From a candidate division WWE3 bacterium (GTDB lineage: Bacteria > Patescibacteriota > 4484-211 > GCA-002791395), in assembly GCA_013335095.1 (NCBI GenBank), contig JAAXWF010000003.1, positions 5,960 to 69,959 of the forward strand: 64,000 nt of DNA. The letters are read 5' to 3'. The notes beneath the pieces are model-generated. The model made no database searches, was not told the DNA's origin, and worked only from the letters and a program-made list of their open reading frames with translations. Position numbers and translations under genes: made by a program. This document shows positions 28,197 through 38,021 of the stretch, piece by piece; positions within the stretch are counted from its first letter, which is position 1; every line of letters starts with the position of its first letter.

Positions 28197-31100
28197 TTAT
28201 GCAGCTTCTACTTCTGACTGTAGTTTATCTACTTCTACCCGTGCTCGCTTACCGGTAGGAATTAGTCGCCCAATAATGACGTTTTCCTTGAGTCCTAACA
28301 GATAGTCAATTTGTGGACGTTCATTTATTGCTGCTGCAGCCAATACATTTGCTGTTTCTTCAAACGATGCTGCTGACAACCATGAATCAGTCAACAATGC
28401 CGCTCTACTTATTCCAAGAACTACTCGACTACCTTTTGCTGTTTCTTTACCGGCAGCTTCTAATTGCTTATTTTCATCAACAAATTCATAAATACTGACG
28501 TAATCACCTGGTAAGAAGCTTGAATCTCCAGAGCTTTTTACTCGTACTTTATCGCACATCTTTCGAATTATTACTTCAATATGCTTGTCGTTGATACTTA
28601 CCCCTTGGCTCTTGTAGACTGCTTGTATTTCTTTCAATAAATGTTTCTGTAAAGACAATACACCCTTGATCTCTAATATCTCTTCAAGATCAAAGTTTCC
28701 TTCTGTTAAGCTATCACCAGCTAAAATCTTATCTCCAACTTTAACCTTGATTTCTTCAGAAGTAGAGAGCGTATATCGACGTACTTCATAATCTTTTTGA
28801 TCTGCTGTTTTATCGCTTGCCTTAATTACTATTACAATTCCATCAGATTTCTCTTCAATCTCCATAACAGTACCGGTAATTTCGCTCAAAGTAGCCGATT
28901 GCTTTGGTGTTCGTGCTTCAAACAATTGTTCGACACGTGGTAAACCTTGTGTGATTTCCTTCTTAGCGACACCAGCACGGTGTTTACTATGTAAGGTTAA
29001 CTGTGTACCAGGTTCACCAATACTTTGTGCTGCAATGATACCTACAGCTTCACCAATCTCTATACGTTTCCTGGTCGATAAATCTTTACCATAACATTTA
29101 CTGCATACGCCAAAATGTGTTTCACAGGTTAAGATGCTCCTCATCGGTACTTCTTCAATGCCTGCTTCTACAATGTTATCTGCAATTTCCTGGGTAATTT
29201 CTTCACCAGCTGCGACTAAAAGATTGCCTTTAGCGTCTTTGATGTCTTTCCATGCTGTTCTACCTTCAATACGTTCTTCTAAAGTCCAGTCTTCGACACC
29301 TTCTTCAACTCGAATATATACACCTTGTTTGGTTCCACAATCAATTTCTCGAGTCATTACATCATGGGCTACGTCTACTAAGCGCCGAGTTAGGTATCCT
29401 GCAGTAGCTGTTAATAATGCCACGTCAATCAAACTCTTGCGTCCACCAATCATGTTCAAGAACCCTTCGAATGAAGTATGTCCTTCAAGCATTGAACTTG
29501 TAATAGGTGTTTCTTTGATCAAACCTTGTGAGTCGACCATTAATCCACGCATACCTTGAACCTGTCGTATTGTTTCTGGATTTACCTTAAATGAACGTGA
29601 ATTCAGGATCATTCCAATTACGCTCTCCTTATCTAATTTTTCCATAACGACCTTAGAGATCTTGCTTTGTGCGTCTTCCCATACACTAACGATCTGAAGA
29701 TGACGCTCTCGTGGAGTCATTAAGCCTAATTGGTAATTTTGTTCAATTTCATCAATCTTGGCATGAGCTTCATTAAGAATTATATTCCGTTCTTCAGGTA
29801 TATGAAGATCAAACATTGAATAGGATACACCTGCAATTGTTGAGAACTTTTGACCTTGTTCTTTAAGTCGATCGAGCATTCGACAGGTTTCATCTTCACC
29901 ATGCTGATCGAAACAGTTTGCAATTAAGTCCCGAGTAACATCTCGATTAACCTCAACATTGATGAATCGCAGGTCTTCTGGAATAAGGGTATTAAAGATA
30001 ATACGTCCAGGTGTTGTTTCAATTTCTTCGCCATTAATAATGGTACGGATAGGTGTCTGAATATCAATCTCATTATTATGATAAGCTGACAAGGCTTGTT
30101 GAGAATCTAAGAACCAAAAGCCTTTGCGTTCATCTTTATCGTTCTTAAGTGTTAGATAGTAAACACCCAAAGATATTTCATGTTTTAGGTCTACAATCGG
30201 TTGACCATGTGATAACTTTAGTAAGTTATGCGGTGTCAACAGTTTTGTACGTGCTTCTTCGATTGCTGCTTGTGATAGTGGTACGTGAATGGACATAGAG
30301 TCACCATCAAAGTCTCCGGCAAAACTTCCCACAACGCCTGGATGGAATGTGATCGCTTTACCTTCAACCAATACAGGATAAAATGCTTGAATATTTTGTC
30401 GATGTAAGGTTGGTGCTCGGTTCAATAGTACCGGATGATTTTTTGTTACTCGCTCAAGAATATCCCAAACTTCATCGCCACGTGATTCGAGAACATGTTT
30501 CGCACTCTTTAGGTTTGGTGCGTAACCTTCTAAAATAAGATCACGTAGTACAAATGGCTTGAATAATTCTAACGCCATTTCTTTTGGTACACCAACTTGA
30601 TCAATCTTCAATGTCGGACCGACAACGATAACACTTCGTCCTGAATAATCTACACGCTTACCTAATAAGTTTTGTCGGAAACGACCTTGCTTACCTTTAA
30701 GCATATCTGAAAGGCTTTGAAGCTCTTTACGTCCGCGTGTTATTTTACGTGACCCTTCGATTAGGGAATCAACAGCTTCTTGCAACATCCGCTTTTCATT
30801 TTGAAGGATAATGGACGGTGCACCTAATTGAATTAGTTCACGAAGACGATTATTACGATTTATTACTCGTCTGTAAAGGTCATTTAAATCAGATGTAGCA
30901 AAACGACCACCAGGTAGTTGAACCATTGGACGCAAATCTGGCGGGATAACTGGAAGTGCTTCCATGACTATCCAAGCTGGATTAATTTGCGCATCTTTCA
31001 TTCCCTTTATAATCTTGAGTCTTTTAATTGCTTTTAGACGTCGTGCTTTTGACTTTCCTTTTATGACTTTCTTGAGTTCTTCAATCTCTTTCTCTAAATC

Positions 31101-31964
31101 TAGTTTAGTAAGTGCTTCTAGGACAACTTCAGCACCCATTCCTGCAACGAAGAAATCACTCGCTTCCCAGAATTTTAATTCGTTCATTTCCAGTTCACTG
31201 ACAACAGAAAACATCTTAATCTTATTAATCATCTCTGTAACTTGTTTGAATGATTGCTCAAGTTGTTCTTGATTTCGAATTAATTCTTCACGCAAATATA
31301 ATATTGATCGTCGATTTTCTTTTTTAAGATTTTCCATTCTGAGCTCATCAGATTCCGCGACGTCTTTACTTGTTGAGGATTCTTTAACTGTCTTTTCTAA
31401 TTCAGACTGAAGTTGCTCAACCTGTTCGTTCGTTTCGGTTTCGAGCTGTTTCTTCTTTTCTTCAAGTTCAGCATTTAAACGTTTAAGTATTTCAGCTCGA
31501 CGATCTTCATTTATTTCAGTTACTAGAAATTGTGCAAAGTAGATAACAGATTCGAGATCACGTAAACCTACATTAAGTAATGCGGGTAATTTATTAGGGA
31601 TTCTCTTGAAGAACCATGTATGCACAACAGGAGCTGCTAATTCAATATGTCCCATTCTTTCACGTCGTACACGTGCATATGTTACTTCAACACCACACTT
31701 ATCACATACAACACCTTTATATCTTTGGCGTTTATATTTTCCACAATAACATTCTAAATCTTTGACCGGACCAAAAATACGTTCATCAAATAGGCCATCT
31801 TTTTCTGGTTTCAGTGTGCGATAGTTTATAGTCTCAGCCTTAGTAACTTCGCCATGTGACCATGAACGAATATCTTCTGCTGAAGCTAAGCTTAATTTTA
31901 ACGCATCAAAATTGATATTATTCTGCATCTTGTTGTTCTCCTTCATTTTCCGCAACTTCTTCAA
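28197..31964 (-). CDS. rpoC: DNA-directed RNA polymerase subunit beta'
   Basis: 1255 aa. Zn-binding CX2C, the NADFDGD catalytic motif and beta'-specific blocks. Start may be a downstream in-frame Met. Confidence 0.95.
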   Translation of the reverse strand: MKKLRKMKENNKMQNNINFDALKLSLASAEDIRSWSHGEVTKAETINYRTLKPEKDGLFDERIFGPVKDLECYCGKYKRQRYKGVVCDKCGVEVTYARVRRERMGHIELAAPVVHTWFFKRIPNKLPALLNVGLRDLESVIYFAQFLVTEINEDRRAEILKRLNAELEEKKKQLETETNEQVEQLQSELEKTVKESSTSKDVAESDELRMENLKKENRRSILYLREELIRNQEQLEQSFKQVTEMINKIKMFSVVSELEMNELKFWEASDFFVAGMGAEVVLEALTKLDLEKEIEELKKVIKGKSKARRLKAIKRLKIIKGMKDAQINPAWIVMEALPVIPPDLRPMVQLPGGRFATSDLNDLYRRVINRNNRLRELIQLGAPSIILQNEKRMLQEAVDSLIEGSRKITRGRKELQSLSDMLKGKQGRFRQNLLGKRVDYSGRSVIVVGPTLKIDQVGVPKEMALELFKPFVLRDLILEGYAPNLKSAKHVLESRGDEVWDILERVTKNHPVLLNRAPTLHRQNIQAFYPVLVEGKAITFHPGVVGSFAGDFDGDSMSIHVPLSQAAIEEARTKLLTPHNLLKLSHGQPIVDLKHEISLGVYYLTLKNDKDERKGFWFLDSQQALSAYHNNEIDIQTPIRTIINGEEIETTPGRIIFNTLIPEDLRFINVEVNRDVTRDLIANCFDQHGEDETCRMLDRLKEQGQKFSTIAGVSYSMFDLHIPEERNIILNEAHAKIDEIEQNYQLGLMTPRERHLQIVSVWEDAQSKISKVVMEKLDKESVIGMILNSRSFKVNPETIRQVQGMRGLMVDSQGLIKETPITSSMLEGHTSFEGFLNMIGGRKSLIDVALLTATAGYLTRRLVDVAHDVMTREIDCGTKQGVYIRVEEGVEDWTLEERIEGRTAWKDIKDAKGNLLVAAGEEITQEIADNIVEAGIEEVPMRSILTCETHFGVCSKCYGKDLSTRKRIEIGEAVGIIAAQSIGEPGTQLTLHSKHRAGVAKKEITQGLPRVEQLFEARTPKQSATLSEITGTVMEIEEKSDGIVIVIKASDKTADQKDYEVRRYTLSTSEEIKVKVGDKILAGDSLTEGNFDLEEILEIKGVLSLQKHLLKEIQAVYKSQGVSINDKHIEVIIRKMCDKVRVKSSGDSSFLPGDYVSIYEFVDENKQLEAAGKETAKGSRVVLGISRAALLTDSWLSAASFEETANVLAAAAINERPQIDYLLGLKENVIIGRLIPTGKRARVEVDKLQSEVEAA

Positions 31965-34900
31965 CAGCCCCTTGTGATTCTACCTCAACCTCGCTAGTAG
32001 AATCAACCTTACTTTCGAGTGGTTTCTGATCATCAAGTGAGGCAGCTTCTATTATCTCAGATGCGTCCAGACTCTGTGGTGCTCCTTCATTAGTAAAGTT
32101 TATTGCTTCAACCGAAAGTCCTAATGAATTCAATTCCTTAATTAAGAGCTTGAAAGCCTCTGGTAGTCGAGCTTCCGGAATTGGAAGACCTTTTACAATC
32201 GCTTCAAATGCCTTTGCTCGTCCGACAACATCATCACTCTTGATCGTAAGCATTTCTTGTAGGATATGAGCTGCACCATATGCGTCAAGTGCCCATACTT
32301 CCATTTCTCCGATTCGCTGACCACCCATTTGTGCTTTACCACCCAGTGGTTGTTGCGTGACCAAACTATATGGTCCTGTTGATCGAGCATGTACTTTATC
32401 TTCAACTAGGTGGTGTAGCTTCATAATATGAGCATACCCAACAAGTACTTTATAGTGGAATGCATTTCCTGTTCTTCCATCGTAAAGTGTCAATTTCCCA
32501 TCATCAGGAAGTCCTGCTTCTTTCAACTTGCTAGAAATTAATCCTGGTTGAATCTTATCAAATGCAGGTACTGCATAATGTTCACCCAATACTTTACCAG
32601 CCCAACTTAAATGTGTTTCAAGTATCTGTCCAACAATCATACGAGCTAGAACAGAACCAGGGTTTAAAATAATATCTACTGGGCGTCCATCCTGTGTATA
32701 CGGTAGGTCTTCAACTGGAATTATTTTTGCTACGATACCCTTTGAACCGTGACGACCTGCAATTTTATCACCAACAGCAATTTTTCGCTTCTGGGCGACC
32801 TTTACCTTCACTGTTTTCAGAACTCCAGGCCCCAATTCATCGCCATGTTCACGATCTAATACCGTGATTGATATAATTGTACCTGAATCACCATGAGGCA
32901 TTCGTAATGATGTATCGCGAATTTCACGAGCCTTCTCTCCAAAGATGGCTCGAAGCAATCGCTCTTCTGCTGTTAATTCTTGTTCACCTTTTGGTGCTAT
33001 TTTACCAACTAATATATCTCCTGGGTGAACCGTTGCGCCAACTACTACAATTCCGTCATGATCAAGATTTGCTAGAATTTCGTCTGATACGTTTGGAATA
33101 TCACGAGTAATTTCTTCAGGCCCTAATTTCGTATCCATGACCTGAGCTTCATATTCACGAATGTGAATACTTGTTAATAGGTCATCCTTTACAAGACGTT
33201 CTGAAATAGCGATTGAGTCTTCATAGTTGAATCCTTCCCAAGGCATATATGCTACAAATAAATCTCGACCTAGAGCTAATTCACCAGCTTGTGATGATGG
33301 ACCATCAGCTAAGGCTTCACCTTCAATAACTGTTTGACCTCGACGTACTCGTGGCGTTTGGTTATAGCAAGTACTGTCGTTTGTTCTCTCGAATTTAGTA
33401 AGGTAGTAAACATCTAGATCTCGGTCCTTTGTTCGAACTTCGATTCGTTCCGCATCAACATATTCGACTTCGCCCGCTCGACGAGCCAGTGCTGCTCTGC
33501 GTGCATCTTTGATGATATTCTTTTCTAAGCCTCCACCAACTACTGGAGTCTCTGGATTAATTAATGGAACGGCCTGCTTAGACATGTTTGAGCTTACTTG
33601 AGCGCGTGGGCCTGAGTCAGATGCAATGAACGGAATAGAACCAGAAGAAGCTCCGGTCATTATTGATGGATGAGCATCGACCATATCGATTTCATCAATA
33701 TAAGCCATAATAAAGTCCCCCTTGTAACGCACAGGTGCTCGATTTGCTGTTATGTATCCTTTATCGTCGACAGGTAGGGTTGCTTCTGCGATTCGGTAAT
33801 TTTCATCATCATCAGCCGTCATGTAAACTACTTCATCTGAAATTCTTGATTTTTTTCCTTCGTGAATAATCTTTCTAAATGGTGCTTCTAAGAAACCATA
33901 ATCATTAACTTTGACGTAACTTGCTAATTGTAGGTTTAATCCAATATTTTGACCTTCTGGGGTCATTATGATGTCGATACGACCGTAGTGACTTGGTTGT
34001 ACATCACGTACTGCAATACCAGCGCGACCACGATCTAATCCACCAGGCCCAAGTGTTGAAACACGTCGTAGGTGTTCTAATTCAGATAATGGGTTCGTTT
34101 GATCCATGTAATGAGATAACTGGCTTGAACCGAAAAATTCATTAAGTGCTGCTGCTATTGGACGTGCATTTACGAGCGTATTTGGTGTTAATTTAACATT
34201 ACTTGCGGTAACAGATAAACGATCACGAATATTACGTTCCAATCGAATTAATCCGACACGAAATGCTTGTTGGGCTAATTCTCCGACGCTTCGAATTCGA
34301 CGATTTGAGAGATGATCGATATTATCAGCTTGTCCTTGAGTTAAATTGAGTTCAATTAAACGACGAACAGTATTAATTAAATCTTCACGTTGTAATAACA
34401 TGAATTCTTTATCGTCTGAAAAGTTAGTACCAAACTTTTTATTGAGTTTATACCGACCGACCTTTGAGAGAGAAAAACGGCGCGGATCTCGGAATAATGC
34501 ATTAAAATAATCCTCAGCATTTTCTAAGATTCTTGGATCTCCAGGTCGCATTGTCCCATAGATCTCAAGATAGGCCTCTTCTGCATTTGTCGTTATATCT
34601 TTGGCCAGCGTATTGTTTATGTAGCTAAAATCAGAATTGGTATCGACTTCTGTGAATAGCGTAGTTATCTCTTTATGTTTAATACCAAATGCTTTTAAGA
34701 ATGTAGTCGCACTAATTCGTCGTCCACCATTAATACGTACTGAAAATGTATTATCACGATTTGTTTCAAATTCGATCCAAGCACCGCGTTCTGGACGTAT
34801 AATCGCTTTATATACATTTCGGGCTAGTCGGTTGCTAAAAGCTGATTCGTAGTATATTCCTGGTGAGCGGGTTAATTGGTGGACAATAACTCGTTCGGTA

Positions 34901-35277
34901 CCATTTATAACGAATGAACCGCGCTCTGTCATCAAAGGGATTTCGCCCAAATATACGTCTTGTGACTGGTGATAACCTGTTTCTTTATTATGAATACGTG
35001 CTGTTGCTGAAAGACGAGCACCATAAGTTAATCCTTTTTCAATCGCCTGACGCCAGTCTATTTTAGGTTTTTCTGACTTTAGCGTGTCAATCTCAAGTTG
35101 ATAATTCTCTTCTGCGTGATCTGTTATTGGTGAAATTTCGGCTAATGCCTCAGCTAGGCCCTCTTCAAGAAGCCATTTGTAAGACTGGAATTGAACACCC
35201 GCAAGGTTCGGCACCTGTAGCGGCGAGTTAATTGCAGACTGTCCTATATTAATGCGTGAAATTTGATCTTTAGCCAT
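31918..35277 (-). CDS. rpoB: DNA-directed RNA polymerase subunit beta
   Basis: 1119 aa with conserved beta-subunit blocks throughout. Acidic C-terminal tail. Confidence 0.95.
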   Translation of the reverse strand: MAKDQISRINIGQSAINSPLQVPNLAGVQFQSYKWLLEEGLAEALAEISPITDHAEENYQLEIDTLKSEKPKIDWRQAIEKGLTYGARLSATARIHNKETGYHQSQDVYLGEIPLMTERGSFVINGTERVIVHQLTRSPGIYYESAFSNRLARNVYKAIIRPERGAWIEFETNRDNTFSVRINGGRRISATTFLKAFGIKHKEITTLFTEVDTNSDFSYINNTLAKDITTNAEEAYLEIYGTMRPGDPRILENAEDYFNALFRDPRRFSLSKVGRYKLNKKFGTNFSDDKEFMLLQREDLINTVRRLIELNLTQGQADNIDHLSNRRIRSVGELAQQAFRVGLIRLERNIRDRLSVTASNVKLTPNTLVNARPIAAALNEFFGSSQLSHYMDQTNPLSELEHLRRVSTLGPGGLDRGRAGIAVRDVQPSHYGRIDIIMTPEGQNIGLNLQLASYVKVNDYGFLEAPFRKIIHEGKKSRISDEVVYMTADDDENYRIAEATLPVDDKGYITANRAPVRYKGDFIMAYIDEIDMVDAHPSIMTGASSGSIPFIASDSGPRAQVSSNMSKQAVPLINPETPVVGGGLEKNIIKDARRAALARRAGEVEYVDAERIEVRTKDRDLDVYYLTKFERTNDSTCYNQTPRVRRGQTVIEGEALADGPSSQAGELALGRDLFVAYMPWEGFNYEDSIAISERLVKDDLLTSIHIREYEAQVMDTKLGPEEITRDIPNVSDEILANLDHDGIVVVGATVHPGDILVGKIAPKGEQELTAEERLLRAIFGEKAREIRDTSLRMPHGDSGTIISITVLDREHGDELGPGVLKTVKVKVAQKRKIAVGDKIAGRHGSKGIVAKIIPVEDLPYTQDGRPVDIILNPGSVLARMIVGQILETHLSWAGKVLGEHYAVPAFDKIQPGLISSKLKEAGLPDDGKLTLYDGRTGNAFHYKVLVGYAHIMKLHHLVEDKVHARSTGPYSLVTQQPLGGKAQMGGQRIGEMEVWALDAYGAAHILQEMLTIKSDDVVGRAKAFEAIVKGLPIPEARLPEAFKLLIKELNSLGLSVEAINFTNEGAPQSLDASEIIEAASLDDQKPLESKVDSTSEVEVESQGAVEEVAENEGEQQDAE

Positions 35278-35426
35278 GCGCGATCTTTAATCTCTGTATA
35301 CTATACCATGCATGTCAACACTTCAACACTGGATGACGTGCCCAATTACTATCTCATACCATCGAGAATTTCGCAAGTAATGAAATTAATCTTATTCATA
35401 CAATAATACACTACCATCAAGGCTTT

Positions 35427-36944
35427 TTGCTATTTCCGGTAGGGCATCATATAATGACGGATATGTTGAATTATAGACGTCCTCCCATTGTTGTTGTGAT
35501 GGGACATGTAGACCACGGTAAGACCAGTATTTTAGATAAAATCCGTAATACACAAATACAACAGAAAGAAGCGGGCGGTATAACCCAATCAATTGGAGCG
35601 TATCAAGCTACCTATAATGGTGACGTTATAACATTTATAGATACACCAGGACACGAGGCTTTTACTCAGATGCGTAGCCGTGGAGGACAAATCGCCGATA
35701 TTATTGTATTAGTAGTAGCCGCAGATGATGGGGTCATGCCTCAAACAAAAGAAGCGATCCAACACGCAAAATTTTCTGGAGCACGCATTATTGTTGCCAT
35801 AAATAAGATTGATTTAGTTGGAGCAAACCTCAATAAGGTTAAGAAACAATTATCTGATAACGGCATCCTTATAGAGGAATACGCAGGAGACGTTCCCGTG
35901 GTATTAACATCAGCTACAACTGGAGCGGGTATTGACGATCTTTTAAAACAAATTGTTACCTCATCGAAGCAATTAGATCTGCAGGTCTCTGACGAAAAAA
36001 ATGATTTCATAGCTAAAATTGTAGAAAGTTATTTAGATAACCGCCGTGGTCCAATTGCTAACATGATTGTGATATCAGGTCGTTTAGCGGTACGTGACGT
36101 AGTACTAACGGACCAACATGTTGCAAAGGTTCGATCCATGCGTGATTGGCTTGGAGTTGAAGTCAAAGAAGTCTTACCTGGTACACCCGTAGAATTACTT
36201 GGATTTAGCGCTGTTCCGACTGTTGGTGCAGAGATTCGAATAGCTGAGAATATAAAAGATGCCGAAAAGCTAGTCGCGGAGAAACAACGTGATATTAAGA
36301 ATTTTACCCAGTTATCTGCTCAAGACCGGATTAGACGTGCGTTTTTTGAACCTCAAGTACGTGAAATCCCAGTGATCATTAAAGCTAGCTCTCAAGGTTC
36401 GTTGGAGGCATTAATTGAATCGGTTAACCTCCTTTCAAACGAACAGGTACGTATTAAAGTCCTTTCACAATCTGTGGGAAGTATTAGTGAGAATGATATC
36501 GTTAGCGCAATACCTATGAAGGCGTTTGTTATTGGTTTTGGGGTAGGCGTTGAAAAGAATGCCGAAACACTTGCAATTAAAGAGCGAATTATCTGTCGTC
36601 GTTATGAAATTATTTATCGACTTCTTGAAGAGCTACAGGAGGTTATTGGCATGGAAATTGAGGATTTGATCCCTCAGCCAACTGGAAAAGCTAAAGTTAA
36701 GCAGTTATTTGAACTTACAAACGGTCAGGTCGTTGCGGGGTCTGAAGTTACTGAGGGGTATTTGAAAAAGGGTTCAAAAGTATCGATAGTTCGACCTTAT
36801 GGTGAAAATATCGAGGGTAAAATCGCTTCGTTAAAGAAAAATAAGGATGATGTTGGGCAGGTAAAGCGAGGCGAAGAGTGCGGTATCCTGTTAGAGGGTG
36901 ATATCCAAATCTTAGTCGGAGACATTATTGAGGCTTTTAAATAA
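35427..36944 (+). CDS. infB: translation initiation factor IF-2 (short form lacking the N-terminal extension)
   Basis: G-domain VVVMGHVDHGKTS, DTPGHEAF and NKID. C-terminal beta-barrel domains. Only 505 aa. Confidence 0.85.
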   Translation: MLFPVGHHIMTDMLNYRRPPIVVVMGHVDHGKTSILDKIRNTQIQQKEAGGITQSIGAYQATYNGDVITFIDTPGHEAFTQMRSRGGQIADIIVLVVAADDGVMPQTKEAIQHAKFSGARIIVAINKIDLVGANLNKVKKQLSDNGILIEEYAGDVPVVLTSATTGAGIDDLLKQIVTSSKQLDLQVSDEKNDFIAKIVESYLDNRRGPIANMIVISGRLAVRDVVLTDQHVAKVRSMRDWLGVEVKEVLPGTPVELLGFSAVPTVGAEIRIAENIKDAEKLVAEKQRDIKNFTQLSAQDRIRRAFFEPQVREIPVIIKASSQGSLEALIESVNLLSNEQVRIKVLSQSVGSISENDIVSAIPMKAFVIGFGVGVEKNAETLAIKERIICRRYEIIYRLLEELQEVIGMEIEDLIPQPTGKAKVKQLFELTNGQVVAGSEVTEGYLKKGSKVSIVRPYGENIEGKIASLKKNKDDVGQVKRGEECGILLEGDIQILVGDIIEAFK

Positions 36945-36955
36945 GGATTTTACTT

Positions 36956-37972
36956 ATGTTTAAAAAGATCCCATTGGTACTGTTGATATGTTTAATTATT
37001 ATCACTGTTGGAGTGTTTATTAGTTACAAGTATGTTGAATCATCAGTACGAAATGAGCATGTTCCCGGTAATTTACCAGATTATTCTTTTAGTATAACTT
37101 CTGGAGAAGGTGTTTCATCTATATTAGCTCGTCTACAATCTCACGGCTTCATTAAAAATTCGGCAATGCTTAGCGTCTATTTAAAATTATACCCTGAATA
37201 CGTTCAGGATATTCAAGCCGGCGAGTACACGGTAACATCAGGAATCTCTGTTCTTGAGTTACTCCAATCATTACGAGGAGGGTCATTTGAACAGAAATTA
37301 ACATTTATTGAAGGCTGGCGGCGTGAACAGTATCTAACCTATTTAGTTGATCAGAAAGGTGAAGATTTTGCTCATATATTTGATGAATTAACCAAAGACG
37401 ATGAGGGGCGATTATTTCCCGATACGTATTTTATTGATGCTAATACGACTCCAGCATCTTTAGCGGCAGATATGAAGTCTAATTTCTCGACTCATGTTGA
37501 TGAAATTAATGACCGAGAGGACCTAACCCAAGGGCAGTTGATTATTGCATCAATTGTTGAGCGAGAAGTCATAAGTGATGCCGATCGAGCATTAGTTGCT
37601 GGAATATTGCTCAAACGACTCGATGAAGGAATGAACCTAGGTGCTGATGCCACTTTACAATATGCTTTAGCCAACAACAAGATTACTGAGTCAAATCGGT
37701 GGGATGTTATTCAGGATAAGATGTTTAAATGGTGGCCACAAGAAATTACTGCAGATGATTTGCAGCTCGACTCTCCTTATAACACTAGATTATATATTGG
37801 TATTCCGCCTACGCCGATATGTAATCCGGGATTAGCAGCTATTCGTGCAGTTGTTGCACCGATTATAAGTGAGTATTATTACTATATTACTGATCGTGAA
37901 GGTATTACCCGCTATGCTGCAACCCTCGATGAACATAATCACAATATCGCCACCTACGGCTTGATGCAGTAG
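36956..37972 (+). CDS. mltG: endolytic murein transglycosylase MltG (YceG family)
   Basis: N-terminal TM helix and YceG-like segments (GEYTVTSGISVLELLQSL; LYIGIPPTPICNPG). Confidence 0.75.
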   Translation: MFKKIPLVLLICLIIITVGVFISYKYVESSVRNEHVPGNLPDYSFSITSGEGVSSILARLQSHGFIKNSAMLSVYLKLYPEYVQDIQAGEYTVTSGISVLELLQSLRGGSFEQKLTFIEGWRREQYLTYLVDQKGEDFAHIFDELTKDDEGRLFPDTYFIDANTTPASLAADMKSNFSTHVDEINDREDLTQGQLIIASIVEREVISDADRALVAGILLKRLDEGMNLGADATLQYALANNKITESNRWDVIQDKMFKWWPQEITADDLQLDSPYNTRLYIGIPPTPICNPGLAAIRAVVAPIISEYYYYITDREGITRYAATLDEHNHNIATYGLMQ

Positions 37973-38021
37973 ACAAAAGATTCAACCTAGACACAAGATT
38001 AAGATTCGTTACAATAAATAG

